64,000 nucleotides of DNA. It comes from Eutreptiella sp. 'Long Island Sound 2002' (lineage: Eukaryota; Protista; Euglenida). The stretch's first letter is position 1; every line of letters starts with the position of its first letter. Positions 23,501-34,100 of this stretch are shown piece after piece. The DNA is taken from assembly GCA_964036045.1 (NCBI GenBank), contig OZ038378.1, positions 6,510,001 through 6,574,000 of the forward strand, given 5' to 3'. The notes beneath the pieces were generated by a model. The model worked only from the letters and a program-made list of their open reading frames with translations, had not been told where the DNA came from and ran no database searches. The position numbers and the translations under genes are program-made.

Positions 23501-26491
23501 AAGGGGAACAGGGATCGCCGTCCAAACACCATTTCGGGATGCAGTCAGCAGCCCACATTTTCTGTGCCTTTGTACTTCAACCGGGTCCCGGTGCACTGCC
23601 TGAAAAAAATTGCTCAGTGACAGGTTGAACAGAGGGCTTCTTTCCTTCTTCTGCCGGCTTGTACATTATTATCCATTGTTACTCACCATGCACAAAACCC
23701 ACTGGCTCACAGTGCGCAACGTCAACTGTTTTACCAAACAGCCCAAAACTGATTTATAATGCACAACACACACTGACTCACAATGCACGACACCCGCTCA
23801 GCGACCAGCACAGCACGCATGTATCCAGAAGGAAGTATAATTCAATTTTGCACGGCCATCCGTCAGAATGGCGATTCTCTGTGCAAGTGCATGTACTAGT
23901 GCAGAGGAGAGGACGAGGAGGACTGTACTTTTTGCCCGTCCAGGTCCGTCGATGTGTCCTCAGAGTGATTGAGATAAAAGGCACATGTGGTTTTGTCCCC
24001 TTGGACGATTTGTAGTGAAGTGAACCGCTTGGGGTTACAGATGAAGAGGAGAGCCGCAGCCATTATGCTGAGCCGGGTAGACCCGAGGGGTCACACCACC
24101 AACGATCGGGGCTCCAAGTTGGTGGGGGCCGGCAGGCACCATGGGGCTGGCGAGCGGGTGCGCCCTATCGGGGGACCGCACCTCCTCCTCCTCCTCCTCC
24201 TCCTCCCTCTGGGGTTGCTTGAAATCTGCAAGAGGCCTTCTCTTTTTCCGCTACCCAAAAACGCAGCAGCACTATGCGATGGGCGCTGTCAGTTTCACTC
24301 GCCAGTTCGTCATACAGCTCTTATGGTGTGGTTCTGGGCTGGCACAAGATGCCTGCTACCCTTGCATCCACCCTCAGGTAGGGAGGCGTTGGCATCCAAC
24401 AGGCGCTTGTTGGCCTTTGTTTTGCAGCTGATTAATCCTCTGTGCCCTTGCACTTTCACCAGGTCATGTCGCATTGCTTGCAGCGCATTGCTCAGCGACT
24501 GGCCGAACAAAATAAAGAGCTTTTTTTTGCCAGCTTTGCTCACCGCAGATTTGTACATTATTATGCATTATTATACCCTCCTAGTTGCCGTGAGCGACGA
24601 CGCCTGCATTAGCTATGCTGCAAATAGGGTGCCTCATCGACCTTGGGCGACCTTGCTGTCAGCTTAGCACCAGCAAGCATGCCTTCGAGACTTCAGGCCG
24701 AAGCCCCACCACACCCTCTCTTGCAGTGGTAGAACCACACTGATGGCCTAGAGGGGACGCCGTTCGACTGGCGTCAAAGTTTATTTGTCCTTCTGTCTGC
24801 TCTGTCCTGCAATGTGTCTCCACCTAACCCCGACATCAGCTTTCTTTTTATGATAGACATCTCTTCCGTTGCCGATTGAATTTGCTTTCTTCGCGCCAGA
24901 TGCGGAGTGGCCCCTCTTTGCCATGCTCTTGCCCTGCATAATATGACACGCACGCACACACACATAGACAGTGACAAAGCACACACTGCTGCACCAATGT
25001 TGTGCCACCCCTCGAACCATCTGACCACGATGACCACACACTGACCCGCACACTGCCTCCCTTACACAAACAACCACACATACCATCGCTGAGTATGGCT
25101 GCTATGCCCATATGTCCAACCCGATGCTTCAGAATGTTTGAATGAATTGTAAACACCAGCCCATATTTCATTCCTCTGGCACGCACAGGAGGCTGGAAAT
25201 AGCACCTCTTTCTGGTGTATTTGTCGCGGGTTCCTACTTATTAGTTCTGAATGTGCAGGTCTGGCTCGTCTGACTAATTAGTAATCCCTGGTTACCTATC
25301 ATAATTTTGCGGTGGAGGTTCCGCGGTCCATTCTGCCCTCGACGTGCCCATTCCATTTTGCTTATTCCGCGCAGATAAAAGGACGTTGTATCCGCCACCG
25401 CCTCAGCCCAAACAATTTTTTGTCCGTGCCTCACATCCTACCATCGAGCCTTGTACAAATACGCTTATGCACATCTACCATGTCTAACCAATACTTGGGT
25501 CATTTGTTACATCGATACGTTTCCGCTTTGCCTTTCTTGTAGGGGGTGGTAAGGTCATACAAGATGCACAATTGTCTGCTGTATTTTTATTTGGGGATTT
25601 CCTACCTCTGGTGGCTGATGACTGTGTTGCCGGGAGGAACAACACTCTTCTTACGAGGACGAAGTGGTTGGTGATGTTGGTGATGATTCTGGCTTTGCAA
25701 TGCGTGTTTGTGTACCATAGGTTGGAGTTACTTGGCATGAATTAGGTTCTTAGGGGCGTCTGGTGGCCACGATAGTCCCACAATACCGAAGCAACCTTCC
25801 TCACGGGTGTCGGGCAGTCGCATGGGGAAGATCAGGGTTGGGCTTCCGTGCAAAGTCACGAGCTTGAAGTGCGCAGTTACATGGAGTGGGTTATGCTTCA
25901 TGAATGGCATCTTGTGGTTGAGGTCGTCCTGAAAAGCTGTACACAAATCGGCCATTCTACGTGATTTCATCATCATATCAAGCAGTATAACTCGGGCTAT
26001 AGTCGCAACAAAGCAGGAAAAAACGGAAGAATTTTCAATGGATTCTGCAAAGCATGTGAAAAATATGTTAAGGTTCTGTACAGCGAAATTTGCACGCTGT
26101 TATCTATACTAATTTCTGCACACGCAGCCTAAATCTTGTGCATTGAATCCGACTTGTTTGTTCTGAAGACACTGCATTTGTTTTCCCCGCTAATATCTGC
26201 AGCCACGCTATTCTTCCTTGGGAGGGCGAGGGGATTGTGGCAGAGGTCGTCACTGCAACTTAATGCCAAGCGGGTGGGGGAAAAAGGTGCTTCTTTTTCT
26301 TGCTTGTGGGGCGTGTGTTCTGCTGTATGTTCACAATATTATGACCCATTTCTGGAGTGCCATGCAGTCTGACTATTAAAGAAGCTCTGGCCACAAACAC
26401 GAATATGTATTCCCAGCGTTGAAGAAAGCACCCACAACCCATATCCAGACGGGCTTTGCATGCATCCAGTGTCTCACTGAAACATACAAGT

Positions 26492-26612
26492 TGTGTGTGT
26501 CTGTGTGTCTGTGTCTGTGTCTGTGCGTGCGTGCGTGCGTGCGTGTGTGTGTGTGCGTGTGTGTGTCTGTTTGTTGACAACCGTGTGTGTGTTTGTGTGT
26601 TTGTGTGTTTGT
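26492..26612. repeat. Compound (GT)n/(GTCTGT)n/(GCGT)n microsatellite
   Basis: Directly visible. Confidence 0.95.
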
Positions 26613-27650
26613 GCCCTCTGACACAGCCTACCTTGCAGTGGGGTCTCAGAGGTGTTCAGCACAAGTACCTTACTGAAGTTCTCTTGTTTTATGGGGTCGT
26701 GTTGCGGCCAGATGCGCTGTTGTCACAAATTGCATCCACGTTAGAATCGGGAACAAACAAGCCGGCTTTTGGTTGCACAGGCCCTTCGGCTCAGTTGACC
26801 TGTCGCATGTTATCCACCACCTTCCAACGCTTCAGCAGCTCTGATTGGATCTGAGCAAATAGGACCGTCTTCAAGCAGGCTGTGGCAAATGAGTATCCCC
26901 TGCATGGGGAAGGGCACCTGAGGTTGCACTCTGCAGTAAGTGAGAAGTTCTTCATCCCAGTGTTCTGGTGAAGTAAGCTGTGCACATTGCTGCACTTTGG
27001 GAATGTATGTAAGGTCAAAGGAGATTCATTTCCTTCGAAGAAAGTGGCAGGAGTTCTGTGTGGGAGGAGAGTTATGGCTTCGTGGTAGTAGGGCCGTTCA
27101 TGGTAGGAGGGCCCTGCAAGCGTGGTATTGTCAACTGGCACATTGCCTGAGCTGGGAAGGAAAAATTTTCAGCATGCTCCAATCCCTTATGGAGCACCTG
27201 CGTGCGCTGACTGGGTCAAAGTACAACGAAGTAAGGGGTTTCACCGAAGAAGCGGGCGCTGTGGCATGCTGTGAACGCCTCCGAGGCAGCACCGAATGGC
27301 CAGCTGCACATTGGGAATGCCATGCACGCAGTGCGCACGCAGTGCGCACGCAGTGCGCACGCAGTGCAAAGTTTTGGATGTCGGCCAATACTCGAACCCT
27401 AGTTTTGGCCCCTTTTGACAAGTTTTTGGTTCCATACAAGGGTTTTTTGGCCTCCCAAGCATTTAGGACGTGGCATATTTGAATTGTCAACCATTTCCTA
27501 GATTCTTGTCCATTTTGGAATGTAAATTGTGTAAATGCCCCTTCCCTGTGGCAGAGTCTGCTGGGGCTGTGTAGCCAATTCGCCGAGACCGCCACCTGAA
27601 GATCCGTGCATACTTGAGGGCAAGACAAGGGCGACATTTCCAAAAATCAT

Positions 27651-27938
27651 TGGGCCCCAACCGTCCGGTGCTATTGAGGAAACCGGGACAATCTTTGAAT
27701 CCACGCTTTGTTGCGTGGTGCATCATGGTGACCCCCGGCGTAGGTTTTGAGTTTTGATTTTGTTCCCTTTGTCGGGGACCCCCGAGAATGCAGGGGTGAC
27801 GTAGCATTTCCGCCCTCTTTTGGGCCCCAACCGTCCGGTGCTATTGAGGAAACCGGGACAATCTTTGAATCCACGCTTTGTTGTGTGGTGCATCATGGTG
27901 ACCCCTGGCGTAGGTTTTGAGTTTTGATTTTGTTCCCT
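27651..27938. repeat. Tandem duplication, period 170 bp (about 118 bp near-identical)
   Basis: tgggccccaaccgtccggtgct...gattttgttccct starts at 27651 and at 27821. Confidence 0.9.
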
Positions 27939-28312
27939 CTGTTGCTATGTTGCTATGTTCAATTCGCCGATACCGGCATCTGAAGATCCCTGCCTCGAGC
28001 TTTCATACCCCGGCTCGAGGAGGAGGCAATCAGGGGTCTGGAGATCCCTGCCTCGAGCTTTTCCCCGGCTCGAGAAGGAGGCAAAAAGGGGCTTTCTTTC
28101 TTTCTTTCTTTCAATCGGATTGTTGTACGACGTAAACAATGTGTTGCACTCCGTTGCGTTGCGTCCTTGTATGTGTTCATGCCTCACCCACGTTTGTTGC
28201 CAAATGTCAAACGGGCACCCTGAGCCTGGTATGTGGTGATACAACTTCAGGGTGTCTGCTGCGGAACTACTGTACCTTGGCTGTACCTACTGTACCTTGG
28301 CCTCATGTGCCA

Positions 28313-28477
28313 GAGTCTGTATGGGCACAGGAGGAGGCAACCGTTGTAGAGGAAGAAAATGATGACGGTGTTTGTTGCCAATTGTGTGGCCACCGTCCCG
28401 GTGATATATCCGAGTGTGGCACTTGCCACTTGAACATGTGTGCATCTTGCATGCCTTTGCATAGTTGTACTTTATAA
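28313..28477 (+). pseudogene. Cys/His zinc-finger-like C-terminal coding relic inside the 27313-28667 element
   Basis: EEENDDGVCCQLCGHRPGDISECGTCHLNMCASCMPLHSCTL*: CxxC-x8-CxxC-x4-CxxC-x3-HxC after an acidic stretch. Confidence 0.4.
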
Positions 28478-28975
28478 GGCTGATTTCCTTGTTCTAAGGA
28501 CACCGGATTACCAAGCTGCAGGCAGTTTTGTTGTTCTGATTTGGGCTTTGCTGCTTCGCCGTGCTACTGGACAGATGAGTGGTATTCTTGGGTGAGTATC
28601 CTAGCCTCTGCGTGCGCACTATGCACGCAGTGCGCACGCAGTGCGCACGCAGTGCAAACACTTAGCCATTGCTCTGCAAATGGGGACGACGGGGGGGGGT
28701 CAATGTACATACCTCAAAATGCAGGTCACAAGGCGCCGATCATTTTCAGATATGTACCTTCTGCTTCCAATTTCCAATTTCCAATTTCCAATAAGTGCGA
28801 AGACTGTTTCCGGGACGCTTCGCCCAAGCAAAGCGGGGAGAGGTGGGCGGTTCCATCAAGGTTGTTGATGTCTTTCAAGAGTGTGGGGGGTAAAAGCGCA
28901 TTTTTATGGGTGAGAGTGGAATTGCCCCCTGCTCAAAATATCAAGGGGGACAATGAATCATTCACCACCCTGCGA

Positions 28976-29065
28976 AGTATTAGCGACACCACAAGCAGCC
29001 TTCAGAGTGCAGTGAACGAGAGTATTAGCAACACCACAAGCAGCCTTCAGAGTGCAGTGAACGAG
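28976..29065. repeat. 45-bp tandem duplication (2 copies, 1 mismatch)
   Basis: agtattagcRacaccacaagcagccttcagagtgcagtgaacgag x2; reads SISDTTSSLQSAVNE / SISNTTSSLQSAVNE on +. Confidence 0.95.
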
Positions 29066-29707
29066 ACTGCTTTCGGCAGTTCATGCAATTGAACAAACTG
29101 GGAACCATGCCGACGATGGCAAACAGACAGAACTGGCACACTGCATGTGCAAAGGGGTGAATTTGGTCCGGCTCATGGGGGGCACCTAGCTGCAGCCCTT
29201 GACACCAACCCCGAGCCCCCCATCCCCCCCTCAAAATGGCCAAAACGTTTAGAAGGTCCAATCCACATTTGGCACAAAGGCACCAACAGTTTTTTTAGCA
29301 TTTGGTGGGGGTTATATTTTGTTTTTACCCCATGTTTGTATAGCTCAGAATTTTATGGGGAATCCAAATATGTATGCAAAACATGCAAACTTTTCTGACC
29401 CCCGACCTCCCCCATCCAGCGCCCCAAACCTGGTTGCTGGGACCGGACCGGGAGGACGAAACAGTATGCACCACGTTGCTTCCTAGTGAAGTGCCCATGC
29501 GGAAGGATCCCATGATGACACCCGTTGGCCATTTCTACGGGGGGTTACTAGGCTGGGCCTACGGCTCCCTCACACACCACACCACACCCCTGCGCGGGAG
29601 AGAGACTACATGGTACCGACACGTTTCGGACAGTCCAACATTGAACCCCCATAATAGTAGCGTCAGTCTCGGATTCATAGCCAACCGCCATGTATAAATG
29701 GGCAAGA

Positions 29708-29781
29708 GGCATGGATGGTCTAGTTGTCTGCACCATAGGCTGGCATCGCCAGCGTCGGAGGTTCGAACCCTCCTGTCGTCA
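29708..29781 (+). other. tRNA-derived (SINE-head-like) sequence, not a functional tRNA
   Basis: A box TGGTCTAGTTG; perfect T arm GGAGG-TTCGAAC-CCTCC; GCTGG/CCAGC stem with only a 5-nt loop; no acceptor stem. Confidence 0.6.
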
Positions 29782-30041
29782 ACACGTCCAAGGATGCCCG
29801 TCGGCTAGGTCCCCACCACCGCCCCCCTCAGCAGCGTGCTCCGCCACCGGTACTGCCGGCTTGCGGTAGGTGTGCCTCGTCGTCTTTTTGATCTTTGCAG
29901 GCCTGCCTCCGTCCCCCCCCCCCCCCCAATGCCTGACAAAAAGTCTCCACCACCGCCCCCCTGCAGCAGTGCGCTCCGGCACTTGCTCCGTCAGCCGCTC
30001 GCAGCAGCTGCGCCTCTTTCGCTTCGGCGGAGGGGCCACGA

Positions 30042-30109
30042 GGGTAGCAGGAATCGAACTGGCGCCTTCACGGCACGAGACTGGTGACTCAACCACTGAC
30101 ACGACACCC
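30042..30109 (-). other. tRNA-derived sequence, not a functional tRNA
   Basis: Reverse complement GGGTGTCGTGTCAGTGGTT...AGTTCGATTCCTGCTACCC contains A and B boxes and a short GGGTG/TACCC stem. Confidence 0.5.
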
Positions 30110-30149
30110 ACCAAAGGACAACACACACACACACACGGGCACAGGGATG

Positions 30150-30600
30150 CCACAGGGCGACTACCACATCACACCAACAGGTATGCAGGGCGTGCAGGTG
30201 CAGATACCAATTCCGCCAGGTGAGGTCGATGAGCACATACCCGATATGTTTGTCCTGCAGGTGTGGGGCGACTGACAGATCAGTCCATCTGCCCCCACAT
30301 CGCCCGTACCCCTGACTGTATTGGGGCGACCCCCTAACCCCGTGCATGGATCGCCGCTTTGCCTGACCCTGACATTGAATGCAGAGGGTAACGTACCTGC
30401 TTTTGCACGACCACCAATCCATGAAACAGTACAGATAGAAATGTCGATGAACTCTTGTCAACATATATGAATGCACTCATTTGGGTCGCTTAGGCGTGGC
30501 AGTATCCGCTGCACTACCATGCATTGGTATACTCTGCAGGCACAGATCCAGGTTTGCCTTTTGGGCCACACGATATATCGGGTGACTGTACTGCGCCCTG
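30150..30600 (-). pseudogene. Decayed non-LTR reverse transcriptase relic
   Basis: HGVRGSPQYS (GVRQG.PLS-like) followed by HIGYVLIDL (YxDD-like) at plausible spacing; catalytic residues degenerate. Confidence 0.4.
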
Positions 30601-31117
30601 CAGCACTGATGCAGAGACCGGGTTGTGAACCCGAGAGCCTTATCGCTACTCAGCGCAGGCCTGTTGCAATAAAAAATCTACGGGGGGTTACTAGATGTCC
30701 TGGTTTTCGTGGCGTGAGGGTGGGGGGAGCGCGAGATTGCGCTCCTTTGGCAACGAGAACACCCAAGTTGCCTCCCACCAAATGGTGCTCGTGGCTGGCC
30801 ACCCTGGAACGAGGTGGTGGGGAAGGAGGCTCAGGGCAACGGCTCATATGAAGCATCAACGGCATCAACCAAAATGTGCTCTTTCAGAATGATTGGTGCA
30901 ATGCACGTCATTAGAAACAAGACAACAAGCCAAGCTGCAGTGCTGTGACCAGGGAAATAGGAGTTGCAAGAGTACCCACCCAACTCCGCCGACACGTCGC
31001 GTTTCCCAGGCTGCTTGCATGAGGAAACAGTGATTTATCCTCTGCTGCATAATGTGCTAGGGCCTTATGTGTGCAGTCTGAACCGCATCTCAACACGAGT
31101 CACTCTCCATTAGCCCA

Positions 31118-34100
31118 ATGACGACGATTGATACGGAGCACGCCCCGATTGACGAACTTGAGATGTCCACAGAGCAAGAGGAAGAAGTGACTGACACGCA
31201 GGAACCATCTCTCAATGGCCAGCCTGATAGCCCCAGTGATCCAGCCGATCCAACCGATGACAGCGAGAAGCAAAGCCCCGGTGAAGGGCCCAAAAGGAAG
31301 ACCCGATCCGGATCCGCAAAGGCGGGGTTCAGCAGCCCGAGGCAGGGCACTACCGACAACGAGGAAGTGTTTGACCGTCTCTATGGGCAGGCCCACACCC
31401 TGGCCCAGATGCGGAACAAGGAGCCCCCCGCCCCCTGGTCGTTTCAGCCACAAGTGCACGTGAAGTCCAAGGACTCGTCCCCTTCCGATGTGAAAATCTG
31501 GGAACGCCTGTATGAAGATGGGAAGAAAGCCAAGGCATCAAAGGCCCAACAGCGCAGCAGCACGCCAACATCCAGCAGACGTAAAGTGGTATGACCTTTT
31601 AGAGAGGAGAGATAGGGGCACCTGGTGGGAGAGCTATGGGGCACGGCGTTCTGTTTTCTCTCTCTTGTTCACCCCCCAGGCCCTTTCCCGTTGAGGAATG
31701 TCTCGGGTTCAAGTCCTGTTTAGGTGTTGGGGATGTGTCAGCGATGACACCTTGTCAAAAGTGGGAGTACAACATTGGTTTTTTCATGTCGTCACTTCAC
31801 TTCGCTTCAGGACCCAGAGAACAGCATCTTCACAAGGCTTTATGCTGAAGCAATGAAGCACAAAGACAAAGAGGCAGAGTTGCTGAAAAAGCAAGAAAAG
31901 GAGATGGCCAAGTACTCTTTCAAGCCAGATATTGGCCAAGCGAATAAGGTCATGCGCAGCGCTCCCTGTGCCCTGGATCCACGTGTACGGAGCTGCATGG
32001 TGCACATCCAGCAATGCTGCATGGGATGGCATTGATTCGTAGTGCCGTGGGGGTGGGTGCAGACCAATACTTAGTCGGACCCCCCCCCCCCCCCCGCACT
32101 GTCCACAGTCCACGCGGACGTCCCGGGGTGGGGGGAAAGGCTCCGGGGCCCGGCTCTGTTCCTCTTTACCCTGGCTGCTGAGTTTCTCAATTTTGCACGA
32201 CTTTTCAATTCTTGATACGGTGTCAGAGTACTGACTGGCTGCTGTGATTATCAGGGACGCCTGATATGATATCGCTGTCTGTCTGTCACTGAGCCTTCTG
32301 AGGTTCAACCAGGTATGGCATAGAGAATAAAGATGCACCTTTGCCATACCGAGGAGTGCATTACCGGGCAAATTCCAATATTTTGCCAAAATATTTAATT
32401 CCAAAGTGCTTTTTTCTGAGCGCAAAAAAAAACAAGAAACGCAAAATTTTTAAATAATTCTGCCGTTCGGGACACAGGATTTCGCAAAAAAAATAGGTTA
32501 ATTAAATAAAAAATTCGCAGAGTGTAGGGTTTGTACTGTTTGTGAACAACCGTACAGGTATGATGCAAGGACCCTTGTTGCTTCCCCAATCTGCCCCGAC
32601 CGCAGATGACCACAGATGACAGTGTTGAAGTCCAGTAAGGTTTTGATGAGAGTTCTGTGTGTATTCTTCATGTTGTGACAAGCTTTGTTGTGCATGGAAC
32701 AAATTTATTTCATCAGGTGGACAACTGCAAGACAACTGATAAGTTTGGTCCCTACAAGATTTGAAGCAAACAACAGCATTGGGGACACAGTATCAAACGC
32801 AAAATGGTAGTCGGACAAAAATTAATCGCAAAAAATAAATTTATTTTATGGGTGGAATACACAGTTTTTGGCCCGCAAATTCAAAATAATTGCAAAAATA
32901 AATTATTTTTTGGGCTAATTAGTGGCAAAAACAAAAATTTTGCTAGATATTAATTGTTTTTTTTCCCGCAAAATATTCGTATTTTAAAAATATTCGTATT
33001 TGCCCGGTACCTCAATTTGTATTTGCTGTACTGTCTGTCTGTCTGTTTTTCTTCTCCATTTCACACATATCCCAATCCACACTGTTTACGTAGGTCTCAC
33101 CCCCCGGCACTGCAACCCCTGCACTCAGGCTGTTTTGTGTTTTAAGATCTAGACAATCTCACATCAAAAAGACTGGTGATGTGGCATACCGTGACCAAGG
33201 CAGGATGCACATTGAAGTGGGGTGGCATGGGGCCCTTGAAGCCCCTGAAAATAAGATGGGGGTGTGTGCACAAGGGGTTCGAAGGTCCACAGTCCATTTG
33301 GTGTCACTTGTGCACCATTTGGGGGGAATTGTGAGGTCTTGAATGCTTTTGGTTTGCATATCTTTATAGACTCAAGTATCCAGAAACGTCTAGGTTTTGT
33401 TGGGGGCGACTGGCTGGGGTCTGGGGAATGCTGCACGTCGTTTCAATACCGTGTGCACTGGCGGGCCTCACAATTCCCCTGCCTTTCCCTCGTTTTCGGC
33501 ACCCAATGAATGATCTGGAGCACTTTTGGAATGCTGAGCATCCAAATGTTTTTCGGTGTATGCTCCTCTGGGCCGTGACCACCGTAATCCCCTGATACAA
33601 GAGCGATGGGAGCTGAAGGGACAGTTGGACAAAATGTGCGCATATAGTTCTGCAAATGCAGCCCCTTGGAGGGCCCAATAATAAGGTTGCACATCCCCTT
33701 GAGTATGCAACCCAAAAGTCCTTGTGCAGCAGCTGCTCACGTAGGTAGAGTGTGGGACCTCACGACTGGAGTGCATAAGCCTTCCATGCAGACATCTGAA
33801 CTCCAACACACGGAGCTGAAATGGGTATGAGGTCAGAACCAATACCAAGAATTCTTGGTTTCACTGTAGTCCCTAAAATGGGCAGGAATTGGGGCCTGGG
33901 GAGAGTATCCGCACTGCGCGCACTGTGCCCGCTTTTGGACTAATATTAGAGCCAATGGTCTTGCATTGGAAGCCCTTTAAATGTGTCTCTTCGAGGTCTT
34001 TTAGAGTATGCCGAAATTACCCCGGCGATTTTGAGTGAGTGTCTAGGGTCTAGAGGGTTGCTTTTCATTCCCGGAGGCCTACTATTGGTTATTTGTGGCT

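Larger units (their letters stand above)
27313..28667. mobile_element. TIR-type element, C-NNN-G target family (short, weak TIR)
   Basis: C[ATT]GG...CC[ATT]G; (GCACGCAGTGC)n arrays at ~27323-27367 and ~28622-28655, each about 10-12 nt from an end. Confidence 0.5.

Noticed and set aside
23987-27300. Possible minus-strand multi-exon gene (protein-like scraps at 24050-24300, 24774-24935, 25730-25980 and 26790-27140)
   Set aside because: I could not chain splice sites and phases, and no recognisable domain was found.
29708-29781. Functional tRNA gene (also considered at 30042, 49019 and 51871)
   Set aside because: Acceptor stems are missing or short and anticodon loops are non-canonical; recorded as tRNA-derived only.
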